Shown here piece by piece: positions 1 through 11,204 of a stretch of 64,000 bases of DNA. This DNA is from Escherichia coli O127:H6 str. E2348/69 (GTDB lineage Bacteria; Pseudomonadota; Gammaproteobacteria; Enterobacterales; Enterobacteriaceae), in NCBI RefSeq assembly GCF_000026545.1, contig NC_011601.1; one strand, 5' to 3'. Both the position numbers and the translations under genes were made by a program. The notes under the pieces were generated by a model, which had not been told where the DNA came from, did not search any database, and was given only the letters and a program-made list of their open reading frames with translations. How positions within the stretch are numbered: the stretch's first letter is position 1; each line of letters starts with the position of its first letter.

Positions 1-23
1 ACGCGCCGCCGCTCATCGTCTAA
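1..23 (+). CDS. pspA: 3' end of upstream gene, probably pspA (partial, runs off window start)
   Basis: TAA at 21-23 overlapped by the AAGGAG Shine-Dalgarno of pspB; synteny with psp operon. Reading frame not verified. Confidence 0.3.
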
Positions 24-32
24 GGAGTACTT

Positions 33-257
33 ATGAGCGCGCTATTTCTGGCTATTCCGTTAACCATTTTTGTGCTGTTTGTTTTACCGATCTGGTTATG
101 GCTGCATTACAGCAATCGTTCCGGCCGCAGTGAATTGTCACAAAGTGAGCAGCAGCGATTAGCGCAACTGGCTGATGACGCAAAACGGATGCGCGAGCGT
201 ATTCAGGCGCTGGAATCCATTCTTGATGCAGAACATCCGAACTGGAGGGATCGCTAA
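33..257 (+). CDS. pspB: Phage shock protein B
   Basis: 74-aa ORF matching recalled PspB; strong SD upstream; operon context with pspC/D/E. Confidence 0.9.
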   Translation: MSALFLAIPLTIFVLFVLPIWLWLHYSNRSGRSELSQSEQQRLAQLADDAKRMRERIQALESILDAEHPNWRDR

Positions 258-616
258 TGGCGGGCATTAATCTCAATAAAAAATTATGGCGTATTCCGCA
301 GCAGGGCATGGTACGCGGCGTCTGCGCCGGGATTGCCAACTATTTTGATGTACCAGTAAAACTGGTGCGTATCCTGGTGGTGCTGTCGATTTTCTTCGGT
401 CTGGCGCTGTTTACCCTGGTTGCTTACATCATTTTGTCATTTGCGCTTGATCCAATGCCGGACAACATGGCCTTTGGTGAGCAGCTACCTTCCAGCAGCG
501 AATTGCTGGATGAAGTCGACCGTGAACTGGCGGCAAGTGAAACGCGTTTACGCGAGATGGAACGTTATGTCACTTCCGACACTTTCACGCTGCGTAGCCG
601 TTTCCGTCAACTGTGA
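257..616 (+). CDS. pspC: Phage shock protein C
   Basis: 119-aa ORF, start overlaps pspB stop (ATGG); membrane protein matching recalled PspC. Confidence 0.9.
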
Positions 617-624
617 GGAAAGTT

Positions 625-846
625 ATGAATACTCGCTGGCAACAGGCCGGGCAAAAGGTGAAGCCTGGGTTCAAATTAGCAGGCAAGCTGGTACTTCTTA
701 CCGCACTGCGCTATGGCCCGGCGGGTGTGGCGGGCTGGGCGATAAAATCAGTTGCTCGCCGACCGCTGAAAATGTTGCTGGCTGTGGCGCTGGAACCGCT
801 GTTAAGTCGGGCTGCCAATAAACTGGCGCAGCGTTATAAAAGGTGA
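625..846 (+). CDS. pspD: Phage shock protein D
   Basis: ORF track starts at GTG 613; ATG at 625 gives the 73-aa MNTRWQQ... protein with GAGGAA SD upstream. Confidence 0.85.
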
Positions 847-920
847 GGGGAGTTTCGCAAAAATGGTTAAATCTCAGGCGTATAATGGATAGCAATTTTC
901 ATCCATAGAAGGACGCTTAC

Positions 921-1235
921 ATGTTTAAAAAAGGCTTACTTGCTCTGACACTGGTGTTTTCACTGCCCGTTTTCGCCGCTGAACACTGGATCGATGTTCG
1001 TGTTCCAGAGCAGTATCAGCAAGAACACGTTCAGGGGGCCATCAATATTCCCCTGAAGGAAGTGAAAGAGCGCATTGCCACCGCCGTTCCGGATAAAAAC
1101 GACACCGTGAAAGTGTATTGCAATGCCGGACGCCAGTCAGGGCAGGCAAAAGACATCCTTAGCGAGATGGGATATACCCACGTTGAGAACGCCGGCGGCC
1201 TGAAAGACATCGCAATGCCGAAGGTCAAAGGTTAA
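921..1235 (+). CDS. pspE: Thiosulfate sulfurtransferase (rhodanese) PspE
   Basis: 104-aa ORF with signal peptide and rhodanese active-site Cys region (VYCNAGRQS). Confidence 0.9.
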   Translation: MFKKGLLALTLVFSLPVFAAEHWIDVRVPEQYQQEHVQGAINIPLKEVKERIATAVPDKNDTVKVYCNAGRQSGQAKDILSEMGYTHVENAGGLKDIAMPKVKG

Positions 1236-1248
1236 AAGAATCCACCCT

Positions 1249-1278
1249 AAGCGGCGCTTATGCGCCGTTTACTTTTTC
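1249..1278 (+). terminator. Putative intrinsic terminator after pspE
   Basis: GC-rich hairpin (agcggcgc / gcgccgtt) followed by T-rich tract. Confidence 0.45.
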
Positions 1279-1421
1279 TGTCACACCTTATTTACATCCC
1301 CATAGATTATTTGCGTCAGCTCACAAATACGCTTTTTCCCTGGTAAAAAATGATTTCCTGCGTGACTAAAACCCTTGTGCTCAATTGACAGTTTATTTTC
1401 TGCGGAGTAGTCTCTCGTTTC

Positions 1422-1437
1422 ATGGGACCGCTACCAC
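1422..1437. promoter_or_regulatory. Candidate LacI-family (YcjW) operator, copy 1
   Basis: 16-bp ATGGGACCGCTACCAC, imperfect dyad (TGGGACC/GCTACCA), 12 bp upstream of ycjM ATG; identical 16-mer recurs at 12909-12924. Confidence 0.45.
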
Positions 1438-1448
1438 GGAAAGGCAAC

Positions 1449-3128
1449 ATGAAACAGAAAATTACGGATTACCTGGACGAAATCTACGGTGGAACATTTA
1501 CCGCAACTCATTTACAGAAACTTGTAACGCGTCTTGAGAGTGCGAAACGATTAATTACACTGCGACATAAAAAACACTGGGATGAAAGTGATGTCGTGTT
1601 AATCACCTATGCCGATCAATTTCACAGTAATGATTTAAAACCACTACCCACATTTAATCAGTTTTACCCTCAATGGCTGCAAAGCATTTTTTCACATGTT
1701 CATTTATTACCTTTTTATCCATGGTCATCTGATGATGGCTTTTCGGTAATTGATTATCATCAGGTCGCCAGTGAAGCGGGGGAGTGGCAGGATATTCAGC
1801 AACTCGGTGAATGCAGTCATTTAATGTTTGATTTTGTCTGCAACCATATGTCGGCAAAAAGTGAATGGTTTAAAAACTATTTACAACAGCAGCCAGGTTT
1901 TGAAGATTTTTTTATTGCCGTTGACCCGCAAACCGATCTCAGCGCCGTCACCCGTCCGCGTGCGTTACCGTTATTAACGCCATTCCAGATGCGCGATCAT
2001 TCAACGCGCCATTTATGGACCACCTTTAGTGACGATCAAATTGACCTGAATTACCGTAGCCCTGAAGTGTTACTGGCGATGGTGGATGTATTGCTGTGCT
2101 ACCTGGAAAAGGGCGCAGAATATGTCCGTCTGGATGCCGTTGGCTTTATGTGGAAAGAGCCGGGAACAAGCTGCATCCATCTGGAAAAAACACATCTGAT
2201 TATCAAGCTGTTACGGTCGATTATTGATGACGTAGCACCAGGTACAGTGATCATTACCGAGACCAATGTTCCGCATAAAGACAACATTGCTTACTTTGGC
2301 GAAGGCGATGACGAAGCACATATGGTGTACCAGTTCTCGCTGCCGCCGCTGGTGCTGCATGCGGTGCAAAAACAGAACGTTGAGGCGCTTTGTGCGTGGG
2401 CGCAAAACCTGACACTACCTTCCAGCAACACCACCTGGTTTAACTTCCTCGCCTCTCACGATGGCATCGGGCTGAACCCACTGCGTGGCTTGTTACCCGA
2501 AAGCGAAATATTAGCGCTGGTCGAGGCATTACAGCAGGAAGGTGCATTAGTAAACTGGAAAAATAATCCCGACGGTACGCGCAGTCCCTATGAAATAAAT
2601 GTCACCTATATGGATGCGTTAAGCCGCCGCGAGAGTAGCGATGAAGAACGTTGCGCCAGGTTTATCCTTGCCCATGCGATTTTGTTAAGTTTCCCCGGTG
2701 TGCCAGCGATATATATTCAAAGTATTCTGGGCTCGCGTAATGATTACGCAGGTGTCGAAAAACTCGGATATAACCGTGCGATTAACCGTAAAAAATATCA
2801 CAGTAAAGAGATAACCCGAGAACTGAACGATGAAGCTACATTAAGGCACGCGGTATATCATGAATTGTCGCGACTAATTAAAATTCGTCGAAGTCATAAC
2901 GAGTTTCATCCAGATAATGATTTTACCATCGACACGGTTAATTCATCCGTAATGTGTATTCAAAGAAGCAACGCGGATGGTAATTGTCTGACAGGATTGT
3001 TTAATTTCAGTGAAAATATTCAGCATATAAATATTACTGATCTGCATGGTCGGGATCTGATTAGTGAAGTTGATATAGTGGGTAATGAAATAACGCTGCG
3101 CCCCTGGCAGGTTATGTGGATTAAATAA
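1449..3128 (+). CDS. ycjM: Glucosylglycerate phosphorylase (GH13, sucrose phosphorylase-like)
   Basis: ORF track 1422-3128; start placed at ATG 1449 (MKQKITDY...) to give 559 aa as in recalled K-12 protein. Confidence 0.85.
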   Translation: MKQKITDYLDEIYGGTFTATHLQKLVTRLESAKRLITLRHKKHWDESDVVLITYADQFHSNDLKPLPTFNQFYPQWLQSIFSHVHLLPFYPWSSDDGFSVIDYHQVASEAGEWQDIQQLGECSHLMFDFVCNHMSAKSEWFKNYLQQQPGFEDFFIAVDPQTDLSAVTRPRALPLLTPFQMRDHSTRHLWTTFSDDQIDLNYRSPEVLLAMVDVLLCYLEKGAEYVRLDAVGFMWKEPGTSCIHLEKTHLIIKLLRSIIDDVAPGTVIITETNVPHKDNIAYFGEGDDEAHMVYQFSLPPLVLHAVQKQNVEALCAWAQNLTLPSSNTTWFNFLASHDGIGLNPLRGLLPESEILALVEALQQEGALVNWKNNPDGTRSPYEINVTYMDALSRRESSDEERCARFILAHAILLSFPGVPAIYIQSILGSRNDYAGVEKLGYNRAINRKKYHSKEITRELNDEATLRHAVYHELSRLIKIRRSHNEFHPDNDFTIDTVNSSVMCIQRSNADGNCLTGLFNFSENIQHINITDLHGRDLISEVDIVGNEITLRPWQVMWIK

Positions 3129-3141
3129 AAAGGAACATCTC

Positions 3142-4434
3142 ATGATTAAATCAAAAATCGTGCTGTTATCAGCACTGGTTTCCTGCGCCCTGATTTCAGG
3201 CTGTAAAGAAGAAAATAAAACGAATGTATCCATCGAATTTATGCATTCTTCGGTGGAGCAGGAGCGCCAGGCCGTTATCAGTAAATTGATTGCCCGTTTT
3301 GAAAAAGAAAACCCTGGCATCACCGTTAAGCAAGTGCCCGTGGAAGAAGATGCCTATAACACTAAAGTCATTACTCTTTCACGTAGCGGTTCGCTGCCGG
3401 AAGTGATCGAAACCAGCCATGACTACGCCAAAGTGATGGACAAAGAGCAGCTTATCGATCGTAAAGCGGTTGCCACGGTCATCAGCAACGTCGGTGAAGG
3501 CGCGTTCTACGATGGCGTACTGCGGATTGTGCGCACCGAAGATGGCAGCGCCTGGACCGGTGTTCCTGTCAGCGCATGGATTGGCGGGATCTGGTATCGC
3601 AAAGATGTGCTGGCAAAAGCTGGGCTGGAGGAGCCAAAAAACTGGCAGCAATTGCTGGACGTTGCACAGAAACTGAATGACCCGGCGAATAAAAAATACG
3701 GTATTGCGCTGCCTACAGCAGAAAGCGTGTTGACGGAACAGTCTTTCTCCCTGTTTGCGTTATCCAATCAGGCTAACGTCTTTAACGCCGAAGGCAAAAT
3801 CACCCTTGATACACCAGAGATGATGCAGGCGCTGACCTATTACCGCGACCTTGCTGCCAACACCATGCCAGGTTCTAACGACATCATGGAAGTGAAAGAC
3901 GCTTTTATGAACGGCACCGCGCCGATGGCGATTTACTCCACCTATATCCTTCCGGCTGTGATTAAAGAAGGCGATCCGAAAAACGTCGGTTTCGTGGTGC
4001 CAACCGAGAAAAATTCTGCGGTCTACGGCATGTTGACCTCGCTGACCATTACCGCCGGGCAAAAGGCCGAAGAGACGGAAGCAGCAGAAAAATTTGTCAC
4101 CTTTATGGAGCAGGCGGACAACATTGCCGACTGGGTGATGATGTCACCAGGCGCGGCGCTGCCGGTGAACAAAGCGGTGGTGACTACCGCTACCTGGAAA
4201 GACAACGACGTTATTAAGGCGCTGGGAGAATTGCCGAATCAGCTAATCAGCGAACTGCCAAATATTCAGGTCTTTGGCGCAGTAGGGGATAAAAACTTTA
4301 CCCGCATGGGCGATGTGACGGGGTCTGGCGTGGTGAGTTCAATGGTGCATAACGTCACCGTGGGTAAAGCCGATCTCCCTGGCACGCTGCAAGCGAGCCA
4401 GAAAAAGCTGGATGAACTGATCGAACAGCACTAA
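3142..4434 (+). CDS. ycjN: ABC transporter periplasmic sugar-binding protein
   Basis: 430-aa ORF with lipoprotein-type signal (LISGC); operon position. Confidence 0.85.
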   Translation: MIKSKIVLLSALVSCALISGCKEENKTNVSIEFMHSSVEQERQAVISKLIARFEKENPGITVKQVPVEEDAYNTKVITLSRSGSLPEVIETSHDYAKVMDKEQLIDRKAVATVISNVGEGAFYDGVLRIVRTEDGSAWTGVPVSAWIGGIWYRKDVLAKAGLEEPKNWQQLLDVAQKLNDPANKKYGIALPTAESVLTEQSFSLFALSNQANVFNAEGKITLDTPEMMQALTYYRDLAANTMPGSNDIMEVKDAFMNGTAPMAIYSTYILPAVIKEGDPKNVGFVVPTEKNSAVYGMLTSLTITAGQKAEETEAAEKFVTFMEQADNIADWVMMSPGAALPVNKAVVTTATWKDNDVIKALGELPNQLISELPNIQVFGAVGDKNFTRMGDVTGSGVVSSMVHNVTVGKADLPGTLQASQKKLDELIEQH

Positions 4435-4454
4435 ACCCAGGACAGGAATCCGTA

Positions 4455-5336
4455 ATGAACAGGCTTTTTTCAGGTCGTTCCGATATGCCTTTTGCACTGC
4501 TGCTTCTCGCGCCCAGCTTATTACTGCTGGGCGGTCTGGTGGCGTGGCCGATGGTGTCGAATATCGAAATCAGTTTTTTACGTCTGCCGCTCAATCCCAA
4601 CATCGAGTCAACCTTTGTTGGGGTGAGTAACTATGTGCGTATTCTCTCCGATCCCGGCTTCTGGCACTCGCTGTGGATGACGGTCTGGTATACCACACTG
4701 GTGGTGGCGGGCAGCACCGTGCTCGGGCTGGCCGTGGCGATGTTTTTCAACCGCGAGTTCCGCCTGCGCAAAACCGCGCGTTCGCTGGTGATCCTCTCCT
4801 ACGTAACGCCGTCTATTTCGCTGGTGTTCGCCTGGAAATACATGTTCAACAACGGTTACGGCATTGTGAACTACCTCGGCGTCGATCTTCTGCATCTCTA
4901 TGAGCAGGCACCGCTGTGGTTCGATAATCCGGGCAGTAGCTTTGTGCTGGTGGTGCTGTTCGCCATCTGGCGCTACTTCCCCTATGCCTTTATTTCGTTT
5001 CTGGCGATTTTGCAGACCATCGACAAATCGCTGTACGAAGCGGCAGAGATGGATGGCGCTAAAGCCTGGCAACAGTTTCGCATCGTCACGCTGCCCGCGA
5101 TTATGCCGGTCCTGGCGACGGTGGTGACCCTGCGCACTATCTGGATGTTCTACATGTTCGCGGATGTTTATCTGCTGACGACCAAGGTCGATATTCTCGG
5201 TGTCTATCTCTACAAAACCGCCTTTGCCTTTAATGACTTAGGGAAAGCGGCGGCGATCTCGGTGGTGCTCTTCATCATTATTTTCGCTGTCATTCTGCTG
5301 ACCAGGAAACGGGTGAACCTCAATGGCAACAAATAA
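4455..5336 (+). CDS. ycjO: ABC transporter permease
   Basis: 293-aa polytopic membrane ORF in MalF/UgpA-like position. Confidence 0.85.
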   Translation: MNRLFSGRSDMPFALLLLAPSLLLLGGLVAWPMVSNIEISFLRLPLNPNIESTFVGVSNYVRILSDPGFWHSLWMTVWYTTLVVAGSTVLGLAVAMFFNREFRLRKTARSLVILSYVTPSISLVFAWKYMFNNGYGIVNYLGVDLLHLYEQAPLWFDNPGSSFVLVVLFAIWRYFPYAFISFLAILQTIDKSLYEAAEMDGAKAWQQFRIVTLPAIMPVLATVVTLRTIWMFYMFADVYLLTTKVDILGVYLYKTAFAFNDLGKAAAISVVLFIIIFAVILLTRKRVNLNGNK

Positions 5337-6165
5337 ACGCACACTCAGTCGCATCGGTTTTTACTGCGGGCTGGCGCTGTTTCTCATCATCACGCTGTTT
5401 CCGTTTTTTGTGATGCTGATGACCTCGTTCAAGAGCGCGAAAGAGGCGATCTCGCTGCATCCTACGCTGCTGCCACAGCAGTGGACGCTGGAGCATTACG
5501 TCGACATTTTTAACCCGGTGATTTTCCCGTTTGTCGATTATTTCCGTAACAGCATGGTGGTGTCGGTAGTTTCATCGGTGGTGGCGGTTTTTCTCGGCAT
5601 TCTCGGGGCTTACGCGCTTTCCCGCCTGCGCTTTAAAGGGCGGATGACCATCAACGCCAGCTTTTACACGGTGTACATGTTCTCCGGCATTTTGCTGGTG
5701 GTGCCGCTGTTCAAAATCATCACCGCGCTTGGCATATACGACACCGAGATGGCGCTGATCATCACCATGGTAACGCAAACCCTGCCCACCGCCGTGTTTA
5801 TGCTGAAAAGCTACTTCGACACCATCCCTGATGAGATCGAAGAAGCGGCGATGATGGATGGTCTCAACCGTCTGCAAATCATCTTCCGTATCACCGTGCC
5901 CCTGGCGATGTCCGGGCTGATATCCGTATTCGTCTACTGCTTTATGGTGGCATGGAACGACTATCTGTTTGCGTCGATTTTCCTCTCCAGCGCCAGCAAT
6001 TTCACCTTACCAGTCGGCCTGAACGCGCTGTTCAGTACGCCTGATTACATCTGGGGACGGATGATGGCGGCCTCGCTGGTGACCGCATTGCCGGTGGTGA
6101 TTATGTATGCGCTTTCGGAGCGTTTTATTAAGAGTGGTTTGACCGCCGGTGGCGTGAAGGGCTAA
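5323..6165 (+). CDS. ycjP: ABC transporter permease
   Basis: 280-aa membrane ORF overlapping ycjO end; MalG/UgpE-like. Confidence 0.85.
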   Translation: MATNKRTLSRIGFYCGLALFLIITLFPFFVMLMTSFKSAKEAISLHPTLLPQQWTLEHYVDIFNPVIFPFVDYFRNSMVVSVVSSVVAVFLGILGAYALSRLRFKGRMTINASFYTVYMFSGILLVVPLFKIITALGIYDTEMALIITMVTQTLPTAVFMLKSYFDTIPDEIEEAAMMDGLNRLQIIFRITVPLAMSGLISVFVYCFMVAWNDYLFASIFLSSASNFTLPVGLNALFSTPDYIWGRMMAASLVTALPVVIMYALSERFIKSGLTAGGVKG

Positions 6166-6195
6166 AGCGACCAATTTCTTTACAAGGAGTTTTAC

Positions 6196-7248
6196 ATGAA
6201 AAAGTTAGTAGCCACAGCACCGCGCGTTGCCGCGTTGGTGGAGTATGAAGACAGGGCGATTTCAGCCAATGAAGTGAAGATCCGCGTGCGTTTCGGCGCG
6301 CCGAAGCACGGGACGGAAGTGGTCGATTTTCGCGCCGCCAGCCCGTTTATCGATGAAGACTTTAATGGCGAATGGCAGATGTTCACCCCCCGTCCGGCAG
6401 ATGCGCCGCGCGGCATTGAGTTTGGCAAGTTCCAGCTTGGCAACATGGTGGTTGGCGACATTATCGAGTGCGGCAGCGACGTTACCGACTACGCGGTGGG
6501 CGACAGCGTATGCGGCTACGGCCCGCTCTCCGAGACGGTCATCATTAACGCAGTGAATAACTACAAGCTGCGCAAAATGCCGCAAGGCAGCTCCTGGAAA
6601 AACGCCGTCTGCTACGACCCGGCGCAGTTTGCCATGAGCGGCGTGCGCGATGCCAACGTACGCGTGGGCGATTTTGTGGTGGTAGTCGGGCTTGGCGCGA
6701 TCGGTCAAATTGCCATCCAACTGGCAAAACGCGCTGGCGCGTCGGTGGTAATTGGCGTCGATCCTATCGCCCATCGCTGTGAGATTGCCCGTCGCCACGG
6801 CGCGGATTTCTGCCTTAACCCCATTGGCACTGACGTAGGCAAAGAGATCAAAACGCTAACCGGCAAGCAGGGTGCCGATGTGATTATCGAAACCAGCGGC
6901 TATGCCGACGCGCTGCAATCGGCGCTACGAGGTCTGGCTTATGGCGGCACCATCTCCTATGTCGCGTTTGCCAAACCGTTTGCCGAAGGTTTTAACCTCG
7001 GACGCGAAGCGCATTTCAATAACGCCAAAATTGTCTTCTCTCGCGCGTGCAGCGAACCGAACCCGGATTATCCGCGCTGGAGCCGCAAGCGTATCGAAGA
7101 AACCTGCTGGGAACTGCTGATGAACGGTTATCTCAATTGCGAAGATTTGATCGACCCGGTGGTGACCTTTGCCAATAGCCCGGAAAGCTACATGCAGTAT
7201 GTCGACCAGCATCCGGAACAGAGCATCAAAATGGGCGTCACGTTTTAA
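6196..7248 (+). CDS. ycjQ: Zn-dependent alcohol/sugar dehydrogenase
   Basis: 350-aa ORF with MDR-family GxGxxG (VVGLGAIGQ). Confidence 0.85.
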   Translation: MKKLVATAPRVAALVEYEDRAISANEVKIRVRFGAPKHGTEVVDFRAASPFIDEDFNGEWQMFTPRPADAPRGIEFGKFQLGNMVVGDIIECGSDVTDYAVGDSVCGYGPLSETVIINAVNNYKLRKMPQGSSWKNAVCYDPAQFAMSGVRDANVRVGDFVVVVGLGAIGQIAIQLAKRAGASVVIGVDPIAHRCEIARRHGADFCLNPIGTDVGKEIKTLTGKQGADVIIETSGYADALQSALRGLAYGGTISYVAFAKPFAEGFNLGREAHFNNAKIVFSRACSEPNPDYPRWSRKRIEETCWELLMNGYLNCEDLIDPVVTFANSPESYMQYVDQHPEQSIKMGVTF

Positions 7249-7257
7249 TTCAAAGGA

Positions 7258-8055
7258 ATGATAAAAATGAAAATCGGCACACAGAATCAGGCGTTCTTTC
7301 CGGAAAATATTTTGGAGAAATTTCGTTATATCAAAGAGATGGGATTCGATGGTTTTGAAATTGACGGCAAACTGCTGGTCAACAACATCGAAGAAGTCAA
7401 AGCGGCGATCAAAGAAACCGGTTTACCGGTGACCACCGCCTGCGGCGGCTATGACGGCTGGATTGGTGACTTTATCGAAGAGCGTCGTCTTAATGGCTTA
7501 AAGCAGATCGAACGCATTCTCGAAGCGCTGGCAGAAGTGGGCGGTAAAGGTATCGTCGTTCCGGGTGCGTGGGGCATGTTTACCTTCCGCTTACCGCCGA
7601 TGACCTCGCCGCGCAGCCTTGACGGCGATCGTAAAATGGTGAGTGATTCCCTGCGCGTACTGGAACAGGTCGCCGCGCGGACTGGAACTGTGGTGTATCT
7701 CGAACCGTTAAACCGCTATCAGGATCATATGATCAACACCCTCGCCGATGCTCGTCGTTACATCGTCGAAAACAACCTTAAACATGTGCAGATTATCGGC
7801 GATTTCTATCACATGAACATCGAAGAAGATAACCTGGCGCAGGCGCTGCATGACAACCGCGACTTGCTCGGTCATGTGCATATTGCCGATAACCATCGCT
7901 ACCAGCCGGGCAGCGGCACCCTCGATTTCCACGCGCTGTTTGAACAGCTGCGCGCGGATAACTATCAGGGCTATGTGGTGTACGAAGGGCGCATCCGGGC
8001 GGAAGATCCAGCCCAGGCGTACCGTGATTCTTTGGCCTGGTTGCGTACCTGCTAA
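7258..8055 (+). CDS. ycjR: Sugar phosphate isomerase/epimerase (xylose isomerase-like TIM barrel)
   Basis: 265-aa ORF; true start may be the internal ATG at 7267. Confidence 0.8.
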   Translation: MIKMKIGTQNQAFFPENILEKFRYIKEMGFDGFEIDGKLLVNNIEEVKAAIKETGLPVTTACGGYDGWIGDFIEERRLNGLKQIERILEALAEVGGKGIVVPGAWGMFTFRLPPMTSPRSLDGDRKMVSDSLRVLEQVAARTGTVVYLEPLNRYQDHMINTLADARRYIVENNLKHVQIIGDFYHMNIEEDNLAQALHDNRDLLGHVHIADNHRYQPGSGTLDFHALFEQLRADNYQGYVVYEGRIRAEDPAQAYRDSLAWLRTC

Positions 8056-8064
8056 GAGGTCTTT

Positions 8065-9120
8065 GTGAAAAGTGCAATGACAAGCTCTCCGCTGCGGGTC
8101 GCGATAATCGGCGCAGGCCAGGTGGCGGATAAGGTTCATGCTTCGTACTACTGCACCCGCAATGATCTGGAACTGGTGGCTGTCTGTGACAGCCGCCTTT
8201 CCCAGGCGCAGGCGCTGGCAGAAAAATACGGGAATGCATCCGTGTGGGACGATCCGCAGGCCATGCTGCTGGCGGTGAAACCTGATGTGGTTAGCGTCTG
8301 CTCACCTAACCGTTTTCATTACGAACATACCCTGATGGCGCTGGAAGCGGGCTGCCATGTGATGTGCGAAAAACCGCCCGCCATGACGGCAGAACAGGCG
8401 CGGGAAATGTGCGATACCGCGCGCAAACAGGGCAAGGTGCTGGCCTACGACTTTCACCATCGTTTTGCACTCGATACGCAACAGCTGCGTGAACAGGTGA
8501 CCAACGGCGTTTTGGGAGAGATTTACGTTACCACCGCCCGCGCCCTGCGTCGCTGCGGTGTTCCCGGCTGGGGTGTCTTTACTAATAAAGAATTGCAGGG
8601 CGGCGGGCCGCTTATTGACATCGGCATTCATATGCTGGATGCGGCGATGTATGTACTGGGCTTTCCGGCGGTGAAAAGCGTGACCGCGCATAGCTTTCAA
8701 AAGATCGGCACGCAAAAGAGCTGCGGTCAATTTGGCGAGTGGGACCCGGCAACCTACAGCGTCGAAGATTCGCTGTTTGGCACCATTGAATTTCATAACG
8801 GCGGCATTCTGTGGCTTGAGACCTCATTTGCACTCAACATCCGCGAACAGTCGATTATGAACGTCAGCTTTTGTGGTGATAAAGCCGGGGCGACGCTGTT
8901 TCCAGCACATATCTACACCGATAACAACGGTGAGTTAATGACGCTGATGCAACGGGAAATGGCAGACGACAACCGTCATCTGCGCAGTATGGAAGCCTTT
9001 ATCAACCACGTACAAGGTAAGCCCGTGATGATAGTCGACGCCGAGCAGGGGTACATCATCCAGCAACTGGTGGCGGCGTTGTATCAATCCGCAGAAACAG
9101 GGATGCGTGTGGAATTATGA
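8065..9120 (+). CDS. ycjS: Gfo/Idh/MocA-family NAD-dependent oxidoreductase
   Basis: 351-aa ORF, GTG start, Rossmann motif (IGAGQVA); stop overlaps ycjT ATG. Confidence 0.8.
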   Translation: MKSAMTSSPLRVAIIGAGQVADKVHASYYCTRNDLELVAVCDSRLSQAQALAEKYGNASVWDDPQAMLLAVKPDVVSVCSPNRFHYEHTLMALEAGCHVMCEKPPAMTAEQAREMCDTARKQGKVLAYDFHHRFALDTQQLREQVTNGVLGEIYVTTARALRRCGVPGWGVFTNKELQGGGPLIDIGIHMLDAAMYVLGFPAVKSVTAHSFQKIGTQKSCGQFGEWDPATYSVEDSLFGTIEFHNGGILWLETSFALNIREQSIMNVSFCGDKAGATLFPAHIYTDNNGELMTLMQREMADDNRHLRSMEAFINHVQGKPVMIVDAEQGYIIQQLVAALYQSAETGMRVEL

Positions 9121-11204
9121 CCAGGCCAGTAACGTTAACGGAACCCCATTTCAGCCAGCATACCCTGAACAAGTATGCTTCGCTGATGGCGCAGGGGAAC
9201 GGCTATCTTGGGCTTCGCGCCAGCCATGAAGAAGATTACACGCGCCAGACGCGCGGCATGTATCTGGCAGGGCTTTATCATCGGGCGGGGAAAAATGACA
9301 TCAACGAACTGGTGAACCTGCCTGACGTCATAGGGATGGAGATTACCTTGAATGGTGAACTTCTTGCGCTATCCCGCGAAACGTGGCAGCGCGAGCTTGA
9401 CTTCGCCAGTGGAGAATTACGTCGCAATGTCGTCTGGTCTTCAGCCAGCGGCGCACGTTATGCCATTGCCAGCCGTCGCTTTGTTTCGGCAGAACAACTG
9501 CCGCTGATGGCGCTGGAAATCAGCATTACGCCGCTGGACGCTGACGCGTCAGTGCTGATTTCAACAGGCATTGACGCCACGCAAACCAACCACGGACGAC
9601 AACATCTCGACGAAATCCAGATGCGGGTGTTTGGTCAGCATCTGATGCAGGGGATCTACACCACCCAGGATGGGCGCAGTGATGTGGCCATCAGCTGTTG
9701 CTGTAAGGTGAGCGGTGATGTGCAGCAATGCTATACCGCCAAAGAGCGCCGTTTACTGCAACATACCTGCGCGCAGCTTCACGCAGGTGAGACGTTGACG
9801 CTGCAAAAACTGGTGTGGATCGACTGGCGGGACGACAGACAAGCCGCTTTAGACGAATGGGGCAGTGCGTCGCTTCGTCAGCTTGAAATGTGCGCGCAGC
9901 AGAGTTACGACCAACTTCTTGCAGCATCAACAGAAAACTGGCGTCAATGGTGGCAGAAACGTCGTATCACGGTAAACGGCGGCGATGCGCACGATCAGCA
10001 AGCGTTAGATTATGCGCTTTATCACCTGCGCATCATGACGCCTGCCCACGATGAGCGCAGCAGCATTGCGGCGAAAGGTTTAACCGGCGAAGGCTACAAA
10101 GGCCACGTTTTCTGGGATACAGAAGTATTTTTGCTACCGTTCCATCTGTTTAGCGAACCGACGATTGCCAGAAGTTTACTGCGTTATCGCTGGCACAACT
10201 TGCCTGGCGCGCAGGAGAAAGCGCGACGCAACGGCTGGCAGGGCGCTCTGTTTCCGTGGGAAAGCGCGCGTAGCGGCGAAGAAGAGACGCCGGAATTTGC
10301 TGCCATTAACATTCGTACCGGGTTGCGGCAAAAAGTGGCCTCTGCGCAGGCGGAACATCATCTGGTGGCCGATATCGCCTGGGCGGTTATTCAATACTGG
10401 CGGACCATGGGGGATGAAAGTTTCATTGCTCATGAAGGCATGGCGCTACTTCTGGAGACGGCAAAGTTCTGGATTAGCCGCGCGGTGAGGGTTAACGACC
10501 GTCTGGAAATTCATGATGTTATTGGGCCAGACGAATATACCGAACATGTCAATAATAACGCCTTCACCAGCTATATGGCGTATTACAACGTCCAGCAGGC
10601 GCTGAATATCGCTCGTCAGTTTGGCTGTAGCGACGACGCGTTTATTCATCGTGCAGAAATGTACCTCAAAGAACTGCGGCTGCCAGAAATTCAGCCCGAC
10701 GGCGTTTTGCCGCAGGATGATTCGTTTATGGCTAAGCCGGTGATTAATCTGGCGAAATACAAAGCGGCGGCGGGGAAGCAAACCATTCTGCTGGATTATT
10801 CACGCGCAGAAGTGAACGAGATGCAGATCCTCAAACAAGCTGATGTGGTGATGCTCAATTACATGCTGCCGGAGCAGTTCTCAGCGGCATCGTGTCTTGC
10901 CAATCTGCAATTTTATGAACCGCGCACTATTCACGACTCGTCATTAAGTAAAGCAATCCACGGCATTGTTGCCGCACGCTGTGGCCTGCTGACCCAAAGT
11001 TATCAGTTCTGGCGCGAGGGGACTGAAATCGATCTTGGTGCTGATCCACATAGCTGTGATGACGGTATCCACGCTGCCGCAACTGGCGCTATCTGGCTGG
11101 GGGCGATTCAGGGTTTTGCCGGGGTGAGCGTGCGTGACGGTGAATTACATCTCAATCCGGCGTTACCTGAGCAGTGGCAACAGTTGTCTTTCCCTCTGTT
11201 CTGG
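9117..11204 (+). pseudogene. ycjT: Kojibiose phosphorylase (GH65), 5' portion, interrupted by IS insertion
   Basis: GH65-like ORF reads into the IS at 11205 and stops at 11243 inside it; native frame resumes at 12755. Confidence 0.8.
11196..11204. repeat. Target-site duplication (CTGTTCTGG), left copy
   Basis: Exact 9-bp direct repeat immediately flanks both ends of the IS (11196-11204 and 12755-12763). Confidence 0.75.
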